A DNA stretch of 64,000 nt from Ignavibacteria bacterium. Its GTDB lineage: Bacteria > Bacteroidota > Ignavibacteria > Tepidaquicellales > Tepidaquicellaceae. A model generated the notes under the pieces. That model was not told the DNA's origin. It made no database searches and saw only the letters and a program-made list of their open reading frames with translations. A program made the translations under genes and the position numbers. This document shows, piece after piece, positions 36,693 through 45,337 of this stretch (positions are counted from its first letter, which is position 1; every line of letters begins with the position of its first letter). Where the stretch lies: assembly GCA_041859205.1 (NCBI GenBank), contig JBHEKU010000166.1, positions 373 through 64,372 on the forward strand. The letters are read 5' to 3'.

Positions 36693-38375
36693 TTACTGTT
36701 TTAAAAATTCATATTCGTAAACTTTCGGTTCTAGTTTGTTGGCGAGTTGTCTTAATCTTTCTCTTAGGTCGCCTATTAGTTTCATATATGTTTCGTCTGA
36801 ACTATTATTGTTCATTTTTCCGGCTTCATTCCTGCCTTGAAAGTATTCTCTAATGTCGTAAAGTGAAGCATTAATATTACAATCGGGTTGTATATGATAG
36901 TATCTCCAAAGTTTACGGCCTGCATCAAAGACGGCTGTTGCCTCTTGCGAAAATTTCAGTTTGCTTATTTTTTGAGTTTTAGTTCCGAATAAATCATCGT
37001 TGTTTTCAGGTTTAATTTTACCGTTTATGAATTGTGTCATAAAGTTACTGTCAAATTTCTCTCTGGAATTTACTTCCTGTTCGGTGAAAGGAATCCAGTG
37101 GTTTATGCTATGACATGATTGAATATTGTTTGTAAACAAAGCATATACTAAACAGTTATTTTGAAAATCATTATCATTTGCCCAATCTGGCTTAGGATAT
37201 AAATATTGATCCCTATCATTAATCCAGGTGGGCACGATAATATTTCGTAGAGTGAAATAAATTGACACTTGGATTAAATTGTTTCTTGTTATTTCGGTTA
37301 CTTTAGATTCACGGAAGTCGCTATCTGAAGGTTTACTTGTAATAAAGATCGTCCTGTTTTGCTGAACGTCAGTTCCTTGAATTCTAAGGTAGCCTATTCT
37401 TTCTCCTTTTTTATCAAAATATTTCCTTAACCAATCTATAATAAAATTACCCTTTTTAGAAGTGTAGAATGTTTTTGTGCAGTCGAGCCAATAATTCAAA
37501 AGAGAATTATCAGTAAGAACAATATCAAGTTCAGTGTTAGAAATATCTTTTTTAGAACTTAGATTCCATATTATAAAACTTATAGGAAATTCTCCTTTGA
37601 CATTATCAAATGTATTTGATCGACAAACAAAGCCAGCGGCTTTTTCTGCTCTAAAATACGTTCTAAACTTTTCAAAATTTTGAGAATTTATATATTTTAA
37701 TTTGCTAAATGAAGCAAGCTTGCAACCTGAAATCTCATTGCAAATTCTGATAAAAAACTGTACGAAAAGTTCATTTATTGCACTTCCGATAACATCTTTG
37801 TACTTTTCATAAATTTTTGTATTTGAACTAACGCCTTGCTTACTTTTAAGTCCATAACTTGTTGCTTCCGCATATGGCGGATTAATATAAACAAGTAACT
37901 TTTTTCTTTTTTCAGGATTGTTGATTATGTCCAGTAATGGTCTTGGTAACTTACTGAAATCATCATTTAAGAAGTCAAACTGAAAAACATGGTCATCCAA
38001 TAAGTTTGCGCCGTTTTTTATACGGTCGTGCATAACTTCCACGTCTTGCTTATCCAAGGTTGACGCCCAAATGTTATACTTATTAGTTAGCCCTGTAAGC
38101 ATATTGCCTGTGCCTGCAGCGCAGTCCCAAACATAAAATTCGTCTTGCCAGTCTTCGCCTAATGCATCAGTCAAGTACTTTTGAGAAAGTTCTACCCAAA
38201 TTTGTGGAGTAAAAAAACTTCCTTTACGTTCTCTTACATCTTGAGGAACAAGTAAATCTCTACGTTCGACAATGTAATCCCAATATTCTTCTTTTGGTGG
38301 CCGGTTGTATTTATTCCAAAATTGTGTATGAGCAACTTGCTTATCAGTGAAGTCAGTTCGTTTACTATTGAACAT
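36693..38375 (-). CDS. N6-adenine DNA methyltransferase plus target-recognition module (C-terminal part of a split type IIG R-M enzyme)
   Basis: Gamma-class motifs are present: FFTPQIWVEL (motif X), VWDCAAGTGNML (motif I) and VYINPPYAEA (motif IV). About 300 aa of TRD-like sequence follow. Confidence 0.8.
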   Translation of the reverse strand: MFNSKRTDFTDKQVAHTQFWNKYNRPPKEEYWDYIVERRDLLVPQDVRERKGSFFTPQIWVELSQKYLTDALGEDWQDEFYVWDCAAGTGNMLTGLTNKYNIWASTLDKQDVEVMHDRIKNGANLLDDHVFQFDFLNDDFSKLPRPLLDIINNPEKRKKLLVYINPPYAEATSYGLKSKQGVSSNTKIYEKYKDVIGSAINELFVQFFIRICNEISGCKLASFSKLKYINSQNFEKFRTYFRAEKAAGFVCRSNTFDNVKGEFPISFIIWNLSSKKDISNTELDIVLTDNSLLNYWLDCTKTFYTSKKGNFIIDWLRKYFDKKGERIGYLRIQGTDVQQNRTIFITSKPSDSDFRESKVTEITRNNLIQVSIYFTLRNIIVPTWINDRDQYLYPKPDWANDNDFQNNCLVYALFTNNIQSCHSINHWIPFTEQEVNSREKFDSNFMTQFINGKIKPENNDDLFGTKTQKISKLKFSQEATAVFDAGRKLWRYYHIQPDCNINASLYDIREYFQGRNEAGKMNNNSSDETYMKLIGDLRERLRQLANKLEPKVYEYEFLKQ

Positions 38376-38493
38376 TCCTGCTTCATCCAGTTTTCTGTCA
38401 AGTTCGTAATGGTCGTGTCTCAGTAAAACAAAAAGTTTTTCTTTTAAAGAATTATTATCTTGTGAAAGTAAGTCGGCAAGATAAAAGTCACCG

Positions 38494-39120
38494 TCAATTA
38501 TTCCTGTTTTTTTTTGCTATGTCCCAGTTAACCGCGATGGAAGGTTTTACAGCTTGAAGCCATTTGTTGTAGATGACCATAAAATTGTTTTTGTCAATTT
38601 TAGTTTTGGTCAAGCCGACTTTGCCGACAATGAAATTCTTTTTAATGAATTTTTTTAGTTCACGTTCGTCATTTAAGAAATCAAAGAGTAAGGCTTTGCT
38701 GTCAATTACTGTTTTTACTTTTTCGTGAACGAGTTTAAACTCTTTTGTTGTGTGGTTTGAGGGTGTTACATTCCAATTGAAGTCATTTATATAAAAAACT
38801 TCGTGAATATCGTTATATGGAATAAAAGCAATTTTTTCTCCGTCAAATGCCCCTAACATAAAAGGAGGCAAAAACTTGTCAAATGTCCTTGCCTTTCCAA
38901 TTGTCAGTATGAGTTGAACGAGCGATTTGTAAATATCTGACGAACCTTTTTTTGCTTCAGCCCAAAGTAAAGATTCCTGTTCATACAGCGCTGTTTGGCT
39001 TTGGCGTATGCATACACAAAAGTCTACATTGCCAATGATTTTAGTGCAGTCGTAGAGCCAAAAATAGTCTTCAGTAACTTTGTTTTTTAGTTCTTCTTCA
39101 CTTATGTTTTGATACTTCAT
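38494..39120 (-). CDS. PD-(D/E)xK-like nuclease module (N-terminal part of a split type IIG R-M enzyme)
   Basis: VDFCVC...LLWAEAKKG fits a D...ExK nuclease motif like those at the N-termini of MmeI-type enzymes. The ORF ends just after an A9 tract, and a -1 shift there reads straight into the 36693-38375 ORF. Confidence 0.6.
   Translation of the reverse strand: MKYQNISEEELKNKVTEDYFWLYDCTKIIGNVDFCVCIRQSQTALYEQESLLWAEAKKGSSDIYKSLVQLILTIGKARTFDKFLPPFMLGAFDGEKIAFIPYNDIHEVFYINDFNWNVTPSNHTTKEFKLVHEKVKTVIDSKALLFDFLNDERELKKFIKKNFIVGKVGLTKTKIDKNNFMVIYNKWLQAVKPSIAVNWDIAKKNRNN
38507..38515 (-). other. poly(A)9 homopolymer tract at the frameshift point (T9 on the plus strand)
   Basis: Counted directly: plus-strand T at 38507-38515. 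With 8 or 11 A the two ORFs fuse into one product of about 809 aa (..DIAKKTGIIDGDFYLADLLSQDNNSLKEKLFVLLRHDHYELDRKLDEAGMFNSKR..). Confidence 0.9.
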
Positions 39121-39171
39121 TTTCCTCTACGTTCGTCTATTACAATGTCGTTTTACAATTTGTACAAACGC

Positions 39172-40212
39172 TTACTTATCTGAAACCTTTATCTCGCCGC
39201 TGATAATTTTTGCTCTAACTTCTTCAACTTTTTTATGCACATCTTCAGGAATTAAATTTTTATTTGTTGCATCATAAACGTAATCAACGCCTTTCTCTTT
39301 AAGCCCGAGAGTCTTTGCGCCGCGTTCGAATTTATTTTCACGAAGCTCTTTTATAGCTGTATAAACTGCCTGGTCAACCATTTTCACCATGCTGGTAAGA
39401 ACGTATCCCGGAGCTTCTTTTGACTGGTCAAGGTCAACTCCGATAGCCAATTTTTTCTTCTCTCTTGCTGCTTCAAATAATCCTAAGCCCGATAAGCCCG
39501 AGGCATGATAAATAATATCTGCGCCTTTATCATATTGGCTGAGGCAGATTTCTTTTCCTTTGCCCGGATTTTTAAATCCGTCAGGGTTAACACTTACGTA
39601 TGCAGAATAAATTTCGCAGTTCGGATTGCCGTATTTCACGCCCTGCTTAAAGCCTGCTTCAAATTTTCTTATTAAGGCAGATTCCATACCGCCTAAAAAT
39701 CCAACTTTATTTGTCTTTGTAGTCAATGCTGCTAAGTAGCCGACAAGAAACGAACCTTCTTCTTCTTTGAACTCAAGCGCCTGAAGATTTGCAGGTATCA
39801 TTGTCTTTTCATCTATGGAGTAATCCACGCATGCAAATTTTTTATCAGTGAATTCAGTAGCAACTTTTGTAATATCTTCAGTGAAAATAAATCCAACGCC
39901 GAATACAATTGAAATGCCCTGTTTGAAAGCAAGTTTTCTCAAAGCTGCTTCTCTATCTGAGCCGTCACCCGGATCGATAACTTCGAAGTCAATGCCCATA
40001 TCTTTTTTAGCGCGTTCAAGTCCGTTATATGCAGCATCATTGAATGATTTATCGCCGCGTCCGCCGACATCGAATACAAGCCCTGCTTTTATAGGTGCGT
40101 CTTTCGGTACATCCGATTTATCTTTTTCCGAGCAGCCGTTGAAGGTTGCCAGAAAAATTATTGCCGGAATAAGTGCAAGTGAGAAGAGAAATAGTCCGAG
40201 AGATTTTTTCAT
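39172..40212 (-). CDS. BMP-family (PnrA/Med-like) nucleoside-binding lipoprotein, ABC-type substrate-binding protein
   Basis: Has a lipobox (TFNGC). GLVFDVGGRGDKSFNDAAYNGLERAKKD is typical of the basic-membrane-protein family. Confidence 0.85.
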   Translation of the reverse strand: MKKSLGLFLFSLALIPAIIFLATFNGCSEKDKSDVPKDAPIKAGLVFDVGGRGDKSFNDAAYNGLERAKKDMGIDFEVIDPGDGSDREAALRKLAFKQGISIVFGVGFIFTEDITKVATEFTDKKFACVDYSIDEKTMIPANLQALEFKEEEGSFLVGYLAALTTKTNKVGFLGGMESALIRKFEAGFKQGVKYGNPNCEIYSAYVSVNPDGFKNPGKGKEICLSQYDKGADIIYHASGLSGLGLFEAAREKKKLAIGVDLDQSKEAPGYVLTSMVKMVDQAVYTAIKELRENKFERGAKTLGLKEKGVDYVYDATNKNLIPEDVHKKVEEVRAKIISGEIKVSDK

Positions 40213-40263
40213 AGATTGAATTTGTTTTGCAAATTTATTTATTAAAAACTATTTATAAAAATT

Positions 40264-40839
40264 TTATTCGTTCGGGATTGTATGGTGAAGCCTGCACCGC
40301 GCTTCGTAATGGTCTTTTGCGCCGACAAGTACTTTATCACTGCTGGCCGTATTGCGCTGAGTCCTGTTTGCAGGCGCTCCGCATATTACACAGATTGCCA
40401 TTGCCTTGGTAACGTACTCTGCAACTGCAAGCAGCTTCGGCATAGGGTCGAAAGGCTGCGCGCGGTAATCCTGGTCAAGCCCGGCAACAATTACACGCTT
40501 GCCCGAATCAGCCAGCCGCTGGCAAACGTCAACTAGGTTTTCGCTGAAGAACTGCGCTTCATCTATGCCTATTACTTCGTAGTCAAAACTTTTTTCAAGT
40601 ATCTCTTCTGCGTTCTCTATCATTTCGGACGGGTAGGACTGCTCGCTGTGAGAAACTATTTCTTCATTGCTGTAGCGGGTATCTATCTTTGGTTTAAAAA
40701 CTTTTACCCGCTGCCTTGCAATTTCTGCGCGGCGTATTCTTCTTATAAGCTCTTCTGTTTTGCCCGAAAACATGCTTCCGCATACAACTTCTATGTGTCC
40801 GCTTTTTTTAAACGTGCGGATTTGTAAAGATTCGTTCAA
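40264..40839 (-). CDS. tdk: thymidine kinase
   Basis: Has the P-loop [19 protein letters not shown], and the C-terminal zinc ribbon CVICGAPA...RCRLHH. Confidence 0.92.
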   Translation of the reverse strand: MNESLQIRTFKKSGHIEVVCGSMFSGKTEELIRRIRRAEIARQRVKVFKPKIDTRYSNEEIVSHSEQSYPSEMIENAEEILEKSFDYEVIGIDEAQFFSENLVDVCQRLADSGKRVIVAGLDQDYRAQPFDPMPKLLAVAEYVTKAMAICVICGAPANRTQRNTASSDKVLVGAKDHYEARCRLHHTIPNE

Positions 40840-40866
40840 AGTAATTTATCCGGTTAAAAATTAAAA

Positions 40867-41280
40867 TTATTTTAAAGTAAAACTATAGGGAAGTAAATCT
40901 TTTAGTTTATGAACTTCGTACTTCTCAGGTGAAATCGCCAGTATAACAGTAAGCTGCGGATTGAATTCAACCATGAACTGCCTGCACACTCCGCATGGAA
41001 AAACAAATTCATCGTACGATGATGTGATGGCAATTGCGCGCAAATCCTTTTCGCCCTCTGATAGCGCTTTTGTAAATGCAACTCTCTCTGCGCATATAGT
41101 GGCAGGGAAGGATGCGTTTTCAATGTTAGTGCCTGTGTAAATTTTGCCGCTGCCGGCTAAAACTGCTGCGCCGACTTTGAAGTTTGAGTATGGGGAGTAC
41201 GAGTGTTTCCTTACTGCCAGTGCCTCTTCAATCAGCTTTGTGTAGTACGGCGTGATGTCTGTAATGTTCTCTTTTGTCAA
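40867..41280 (-). CDS. cdd: cytidine deaminase
   Basis: Carries the zinc-ligand motifs CAERVAF and PCGVCRQ. Its 137 aa length fits the homotetrameric Cdd type. Confidence 0.92.
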   Translation of the reverse strand: MTKENITDITPYYTKLIEEALAVRKHSYSPYSNFKVGAAVLAGSGKIYTGTNIENASFPATICAERVAFTKALSEGEKDLRAIAITSSYDEFVFPCGVCRQFMVEFNPQLTVILAISPEKYEVHKLKDLLPYSFTLK

Positions 41281-41340
41281 ATTATAGTCTTATAATGGGT
41301 AATATATTTATTTCTTTCTATATTATCTACGCAATCTGAA

Positions 41341-41830
41341 TTATGAGTTATGAATTATGAGTTATGAGTTATGAGTTATGAATTCTTGTGTACTTGTCAT
41401 CCCGCACTTGATGCGGGATCCAATCATTTGTATCGCTAGGTAGAGACGCAATACTTGCGTCTCGAAAGTTGAAACGCAAAGAGCGCAAAGATAATCGCGA
41501 AGCACGCAAAGTTTTTAGTAAATGTTTATGTTTCACTAACAATCCGCCATGGCGGATCATTCCCGCCCCGCATCAGGTGCGGGATAATCTCCGGCGAAAT
41601 CCAATCAATTTTTGATTTCAAAAAAGTCGGGAAATAGTCGGATTTTATTTACCACGAAAACACAAAACGCACAAAATTTCACAAAAATAAATCTTAAATC
41701 TGACATCTTAAATCTTAAATGAATTTGGTCGGATTTTGTTTTGCTCATCATTGTAAAAACAATACTGAAAATTTTTAATTTTAAAAAGTCGGGTTTTGGT
41801 CGGGTTATTATGTAAAGTTGAACTTATACC
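41341..41830. repeat. composite repeat block, inverted relative of 1832-2604
   Basis: (TTATGAG/TTATGAA)x6 lies at 41341-41382. Hairpins are ATCCCGCACTTGATGCGGGAT (41398-41420), GAGACGCAATACTTGCGTCTC (41443-41463) and CCCGCATCAGGTGCGGG (41567-41583). GTCGG-N6-GTCGG pairs lie at 41626/41637 and 41788/41799. CCACGAAAACACAAAACGCAC is the reverse complement of the 2110-2130 motif. (ATCTTAA)-type heptamers lie at 41691-41718. Confidence 0.88.
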
Positions 41831-42201
41831 AAAACCTCATTCGTTTCCCTATAATATAAACAGAAATGAGTTATAAAATAAGAAGAGCTTACATATTGCT
41901 ACTAATAGGTAAATAATTGTAAAAATTACTTGACACGGATTTCCACACTTCACTATATTCTTTTTTAAACCTTTGACTTTATGTAAATATTTCTTAAATT
42001 AGTATTTAATACAACAATTAATAGCAAATTATAGGATAAAATTTACAGTTTTTGTTTTTATCGCATAAATACAAAAGAAGTTTTTTTAAATTTATTCTTT
42101 TTTCTAATTCGATTTTTTTTAATTGATTAAAAAGATATTTAGTCATAAATTAATATTATTACCCTTAAAACCCTTTTATTAAATATTAGTAAAATTTGCA
42201 T

Positions 42202-43761
42202 ATGAAGACAAATTTTATACGATTTTTTATTTATTTATTCTTATCAATTACCTTAAATTTAACTGCTCAGCCTAGTAAACCTACAAAACCCAATTCCAAT
42301 TCTTCGAGCAGTAATTTTTCAGTTGAATTTACTATTTCAGAAAATTCACCTGAATGTAAAAATAGCAATTATTGCTGTATCACAAGTTATTGTATTTCTC
42401 CAAGCGGAAAATTTATTGCATTCACATCAATGTCCGATTCGTTCTGGGATAATAAACTTACAATTTACAATCTTGAAAAAAGAGATATTCTAAAGACTTT
42501 TTTTATTAAGGAAGGTACTAAAGTTAGCTCCTGCAATTTTTCCAGTGATAATTCTACTTTTGCCTGGAATACAACCGGAAACGAAAACTACGTTTCAATA
42601 TACAAACTAAAGGATGGCACATATAAAACTCTTAGTATCAAATGTAGAACTATGCAATTATCTCCTATTGGAAATATGCTGGTTACTTGTACAGATGGAA
42701 CAGCATGGAATAATGAAAATTTTAATTTGATAGATATCAGCACAGGTAATATTATCAGAACAATTTTTAATGAACACAATAACTCCAACTTTAATTTAAC
42801 TTCTAATGGATATTCAATATTAATTCCAACTCATGCCAGTTTGAATATCTGCAATTTTTTACCTCAGATAAATTGCAATTATTTTAATCTCGATAATCAA
42901 TATTTACCGTTTAAGATTTCCCCTTATAATGAAAACGTTGCTGTCTACGGTACGATGCTTAAAATTTACTCGCTGAGAGATTTTTCTAATAAGACAGTTG
43001 AACAATATGTACATTCAAATAAAATTGATGTATGTTATACTCCATTAGATAAATTTTTAATTTATAATAACGGTGAATCAAAAAAAATTTATATTTATTC
43101 CATTGAGAATAATTCCAAAAGCGAGTTAGAAATATATGATTCACAAATCAGCAATCTTAACTTTTCCAATGACGGTAAATATTTTTTATATTTGGCAGAT
43201 TATAAAATAAAAGTATGCAAGATTGAAAGTACTTTACATTATCTAAAAATTTATCAAAAATATTTTGAAGATGCTTATAAACAATATTTGAATAATTTAA
43301 AATCGGTTTATGATAACACCGGTTATAAAACAGAATTTGAACTGAAAAATGAATATGAAGACAGATTGTTAACAGAGATAAATCACAAGATGGATTTAGA
43401 TATAGGTTTATATGGAGAACTAAATGATAAAATTAATTTTGATTTAAATTTAGAAAACGAAAAATATTCATCTGAAAACAAAGTTATTCAGGATAAAATT
43501 GAGAGCTCTATAGAATATGCGGAAGTCAAGATAGATAAAGTTGGGGTTTATGACAGCGAAAAAGAAATTTTACCTGTAACTATAAAGGATGTGAACGGAA
43601 CAATAAAGATTGCAAGAAATGAGGCAAAGAGTTTGAAGGAAAATTTTCAGAATGCTGTAGTGCGATGTAAGAAAAAATTAAAATATGATTTGAAACAGTA
43701 TGAATACTTTGATTTTCTAATAATACATCCGGATAATGGTAAAGAATACAAACTTTTGTAA
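42202..43761 (+). CDS. hypothetical secreted protein, beta-propeller-like N-part and coiled/charged C-part, very AT-rich
   Basis: Has a signal peptide. WD40/TolB-like blade signatures occur (SPSGKFIAFTS, FSSDNSTFAW, FSNDGKYFLY). GC is visibly lower than in neighbouring genes. The ATG at 42202 is preferred over the TTG at 42196. Confidence 0.6.
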   Translation: MKTNFIRFFIYLFLSITLNLTAQPSKPTKPNSNSSSSNFSVEFTISENSPECKNSNYCCITSYCISPSGKFIAFTSMSDSFWDNKLTIYNLEKRDILKTFFIKEGTKVSSCNFSSDNSTFAWNTTGNENYVSIYKLKDGTYKTLSIKCRTMQLSPIGNMLVTCTDGTAWNNENFNLIDISTGNIIRTIFNEHNNSNFNLTSNGYSILIPTHASLNICNFLPQINCNYFNLDNQYLPFKISPYNENVAVYGTMLKIYSLRDFSNKTVEQYVHSNKIDVCYTPLDKFLIYNNGESKKIYIYSIENNSKSELEIYDSQISNLNFSNDGKYFLYLADYKIKVCKIESTLHYLKIYQKYFEDAYKQYLNNLKSVYDNTGYKTEFELKNEYEDRLLTEINHKMDLDIGLYGELNDKINFDLNLENEKYSSENKVIQDKIESSIEYAEVKIDKVGVYDSEKEILPVTIKDVNGTIKIARNEAKSLKENFQNAVVRCKKKLKYDLKQYEYFDFLIIHPDNGKEYKLL

Positions 43762-43843
43762 AATTTCTAATTCAAAATTAATGAGCTTATTTAGAGACTT
43801 TATGCAGTTGTTAGTCTCCTGACCAACAACACAACGCTTGGTT

Positions 43844-44025
43844 GAGACGCAATATTTTGCGTCTCAAATGTAATGAAACAAATCCGTCAAACACCCTCCC
43901 GGACTTCGTCGGAACTCCCTCAAGTGGAGAATTATTATGGACCTGTTAAATATATAGTCGCCCATGTAAAGATGGGGAAAACACTCGGTGTTGTATTGTC
44001 CCCATGCTAAAGCGTGGGGTTAACG
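43844..44025 (-). repeat. GAGACGC hairpin plus GC-rich multi-hairpin dispersed repeat, copy c (inverted)
   Basis: GAGACGCAATATTTTGCGTCTC lies at 43844-43865. The reverse complement of 43880-44000 aligns with 14785-14890 (..CTATATATTTAACAGGTCCATAATAATTCTCCACTTGAGGGAGTTCCGACGAAGTCCGGGAGGGTGTTTG). Confidence 0.85.
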
Positions 44026-44129
44026 AGTTATCATTTCGATTTAACATATGTGACATCATATAAATCATAGTAATCTATGTTCCAAATTATGAACTTTAAA
44101 CCCTCCTATTTTCCTTGTAAATTGTAGTA

Positions 44130-45326
44130 ATGAAAAGACGGGCATTATTCAGGATATTCGATAGATACGTTGGGATACCAATTGTAATTCTTCTTGCCTT
44201 CTTCTTAAAAAGCAGGAAGCGCCTTCCGATTGAAAACATACAGAACATTTTATTTATAAAGCTTGCAGCAATAGGCGATGCGATTTTATTAATCCCTACT
44301 CTGCGCACTCTTAAACATAAATTCCCGAATTCAAAAATTACATTCGTCTGCTCGCCGATTAATTATTCTATCTTAAAAAAAATTCCTTACATAGATGAAA
44401 TTATCAGCGTAGATATTCATTCGTACTTAAAGCATCCGTTCTTATTTTTTAAATTCCTTAAGCAGATAAGAAAAAAGAAATACGAAGTAGTGATAGATGC
44501 CGAGCAGTGGCCGCGAATATCCGTTATGATGTTTGCGCTTACGAAATATGATTACGCCATAGGCTTCTCTACAGAGGGACAGTACCGTCATTTTCTTTTT
44601 AATGCAGTTATTACCCATACAAGAGACCGTCATGAGCTTGAAGATTTCCTTGCATTGCTTGAGCCGCTTGGCATAAATATCACGGAAGAGGATAAAAAAT
44701 TAGAGTATTTTTTAAATGATAAAGACTTTAAATTTGCAGAGGAGTTTTGGTCTAACCACCGCTTCGAAAACCGTACTGTTATCTGCTTGCATCCGGGATG
44801 CGGGGAGAACGGATTGCCGCGAGAGTGGCCCGTTAAAAACTACATCGCACTTGGGAAACGACTTATAAAATATGATAAGAATATTATCATACTGATAACC
44901 GGAGCAAAGTTTGAAAAGGTAAGATGCGATGAAATAGCAGAAGGCATAGGCGAAAATATTGTAAACACTGCCGGTCAGTACGAGATAGATAATGTTGTCG
45001 CTCTTGTAAAAAAAGTGAAGCTTATAGTCTGCAGTAATACAGGCATGCTGCACATAGCTTCCTGTGTAGGAACAAAAACACTTGGTCTTCACGGTCCTAC
45101 GAATCCCGTAAAATGGGGTTCTTACAATAAAAACTCTGTACTAATCCAAAGCGATAAATTTTGCAGTCCCTGTTTGTATCTGGGACACGATTACGGCTGC
45201 CAGGAACCGACTTGCATGAACCATATTTCAGTAGATGACGTATTTATAAATATAAGAAAGGCTATACAGCCGGAATTATTTCCGGTCTTTAATATACTTA
45301 ATAACAATATAAATCAGTTAATCTAA
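44130..45326 (+). CDS. glycosyltransferase family 9 (LPS heptosyltransferase-like)
   Basis: KLAAIGDAILLIPTLRTLKHKFPNSKITFV and CSNTGMLHIA are typical GT9 signatures. Confidence 0.85.
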   Translation: MKRRALFRIFDRYVGIPIVILLAFFLKSRKRLPIENIQNILFIKLAAIGDAILLIPTLRTLKHKFPNSKITFVCSPINYSILKKIPYIDEIISVDIHSYLKHPFLFFKFLKQIRKKKYEVVIDAEQWPRISVMMFALTKYDYAIGFSTEGQYRHFLFNAVITHTRDRHELEDFLALLEPLGINITEEDKKLEYFLNDKDFKFAEEFWSNHRFENRTVICLHPGCGENGLPREWPVKNYIALGKRLIKYDKNIIILITGAKFEKVRCDEIAEGIGENIVNTAGQYEIDNVVALVKKVKLIVCSNTGMLHIASCVGTKTLGLHGPTNPVKWGSYNKNSVLIQSDKFCSPCLYLGHDYGCQEPTCMNHISVDDVFINIRKAIQPELFPVFNILNNNINQLI

Positions 45327-45337
45327 ATAAATACTTT

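Noticed and set aside
2605-41340. A 38.7-kb mobile element bounded by the inverted repeat blocks
   Set aside because: The interior is core-like (sprA, T9SS cargo, SDRs, a TonB receptor, nucleoside salvage) with no integrase, transposase or conjugation genes. The same sub-motifs also occur at 26.2, 43.8, 46.5 and 49.7 kb, so they are a dispersed family rather than element termini.
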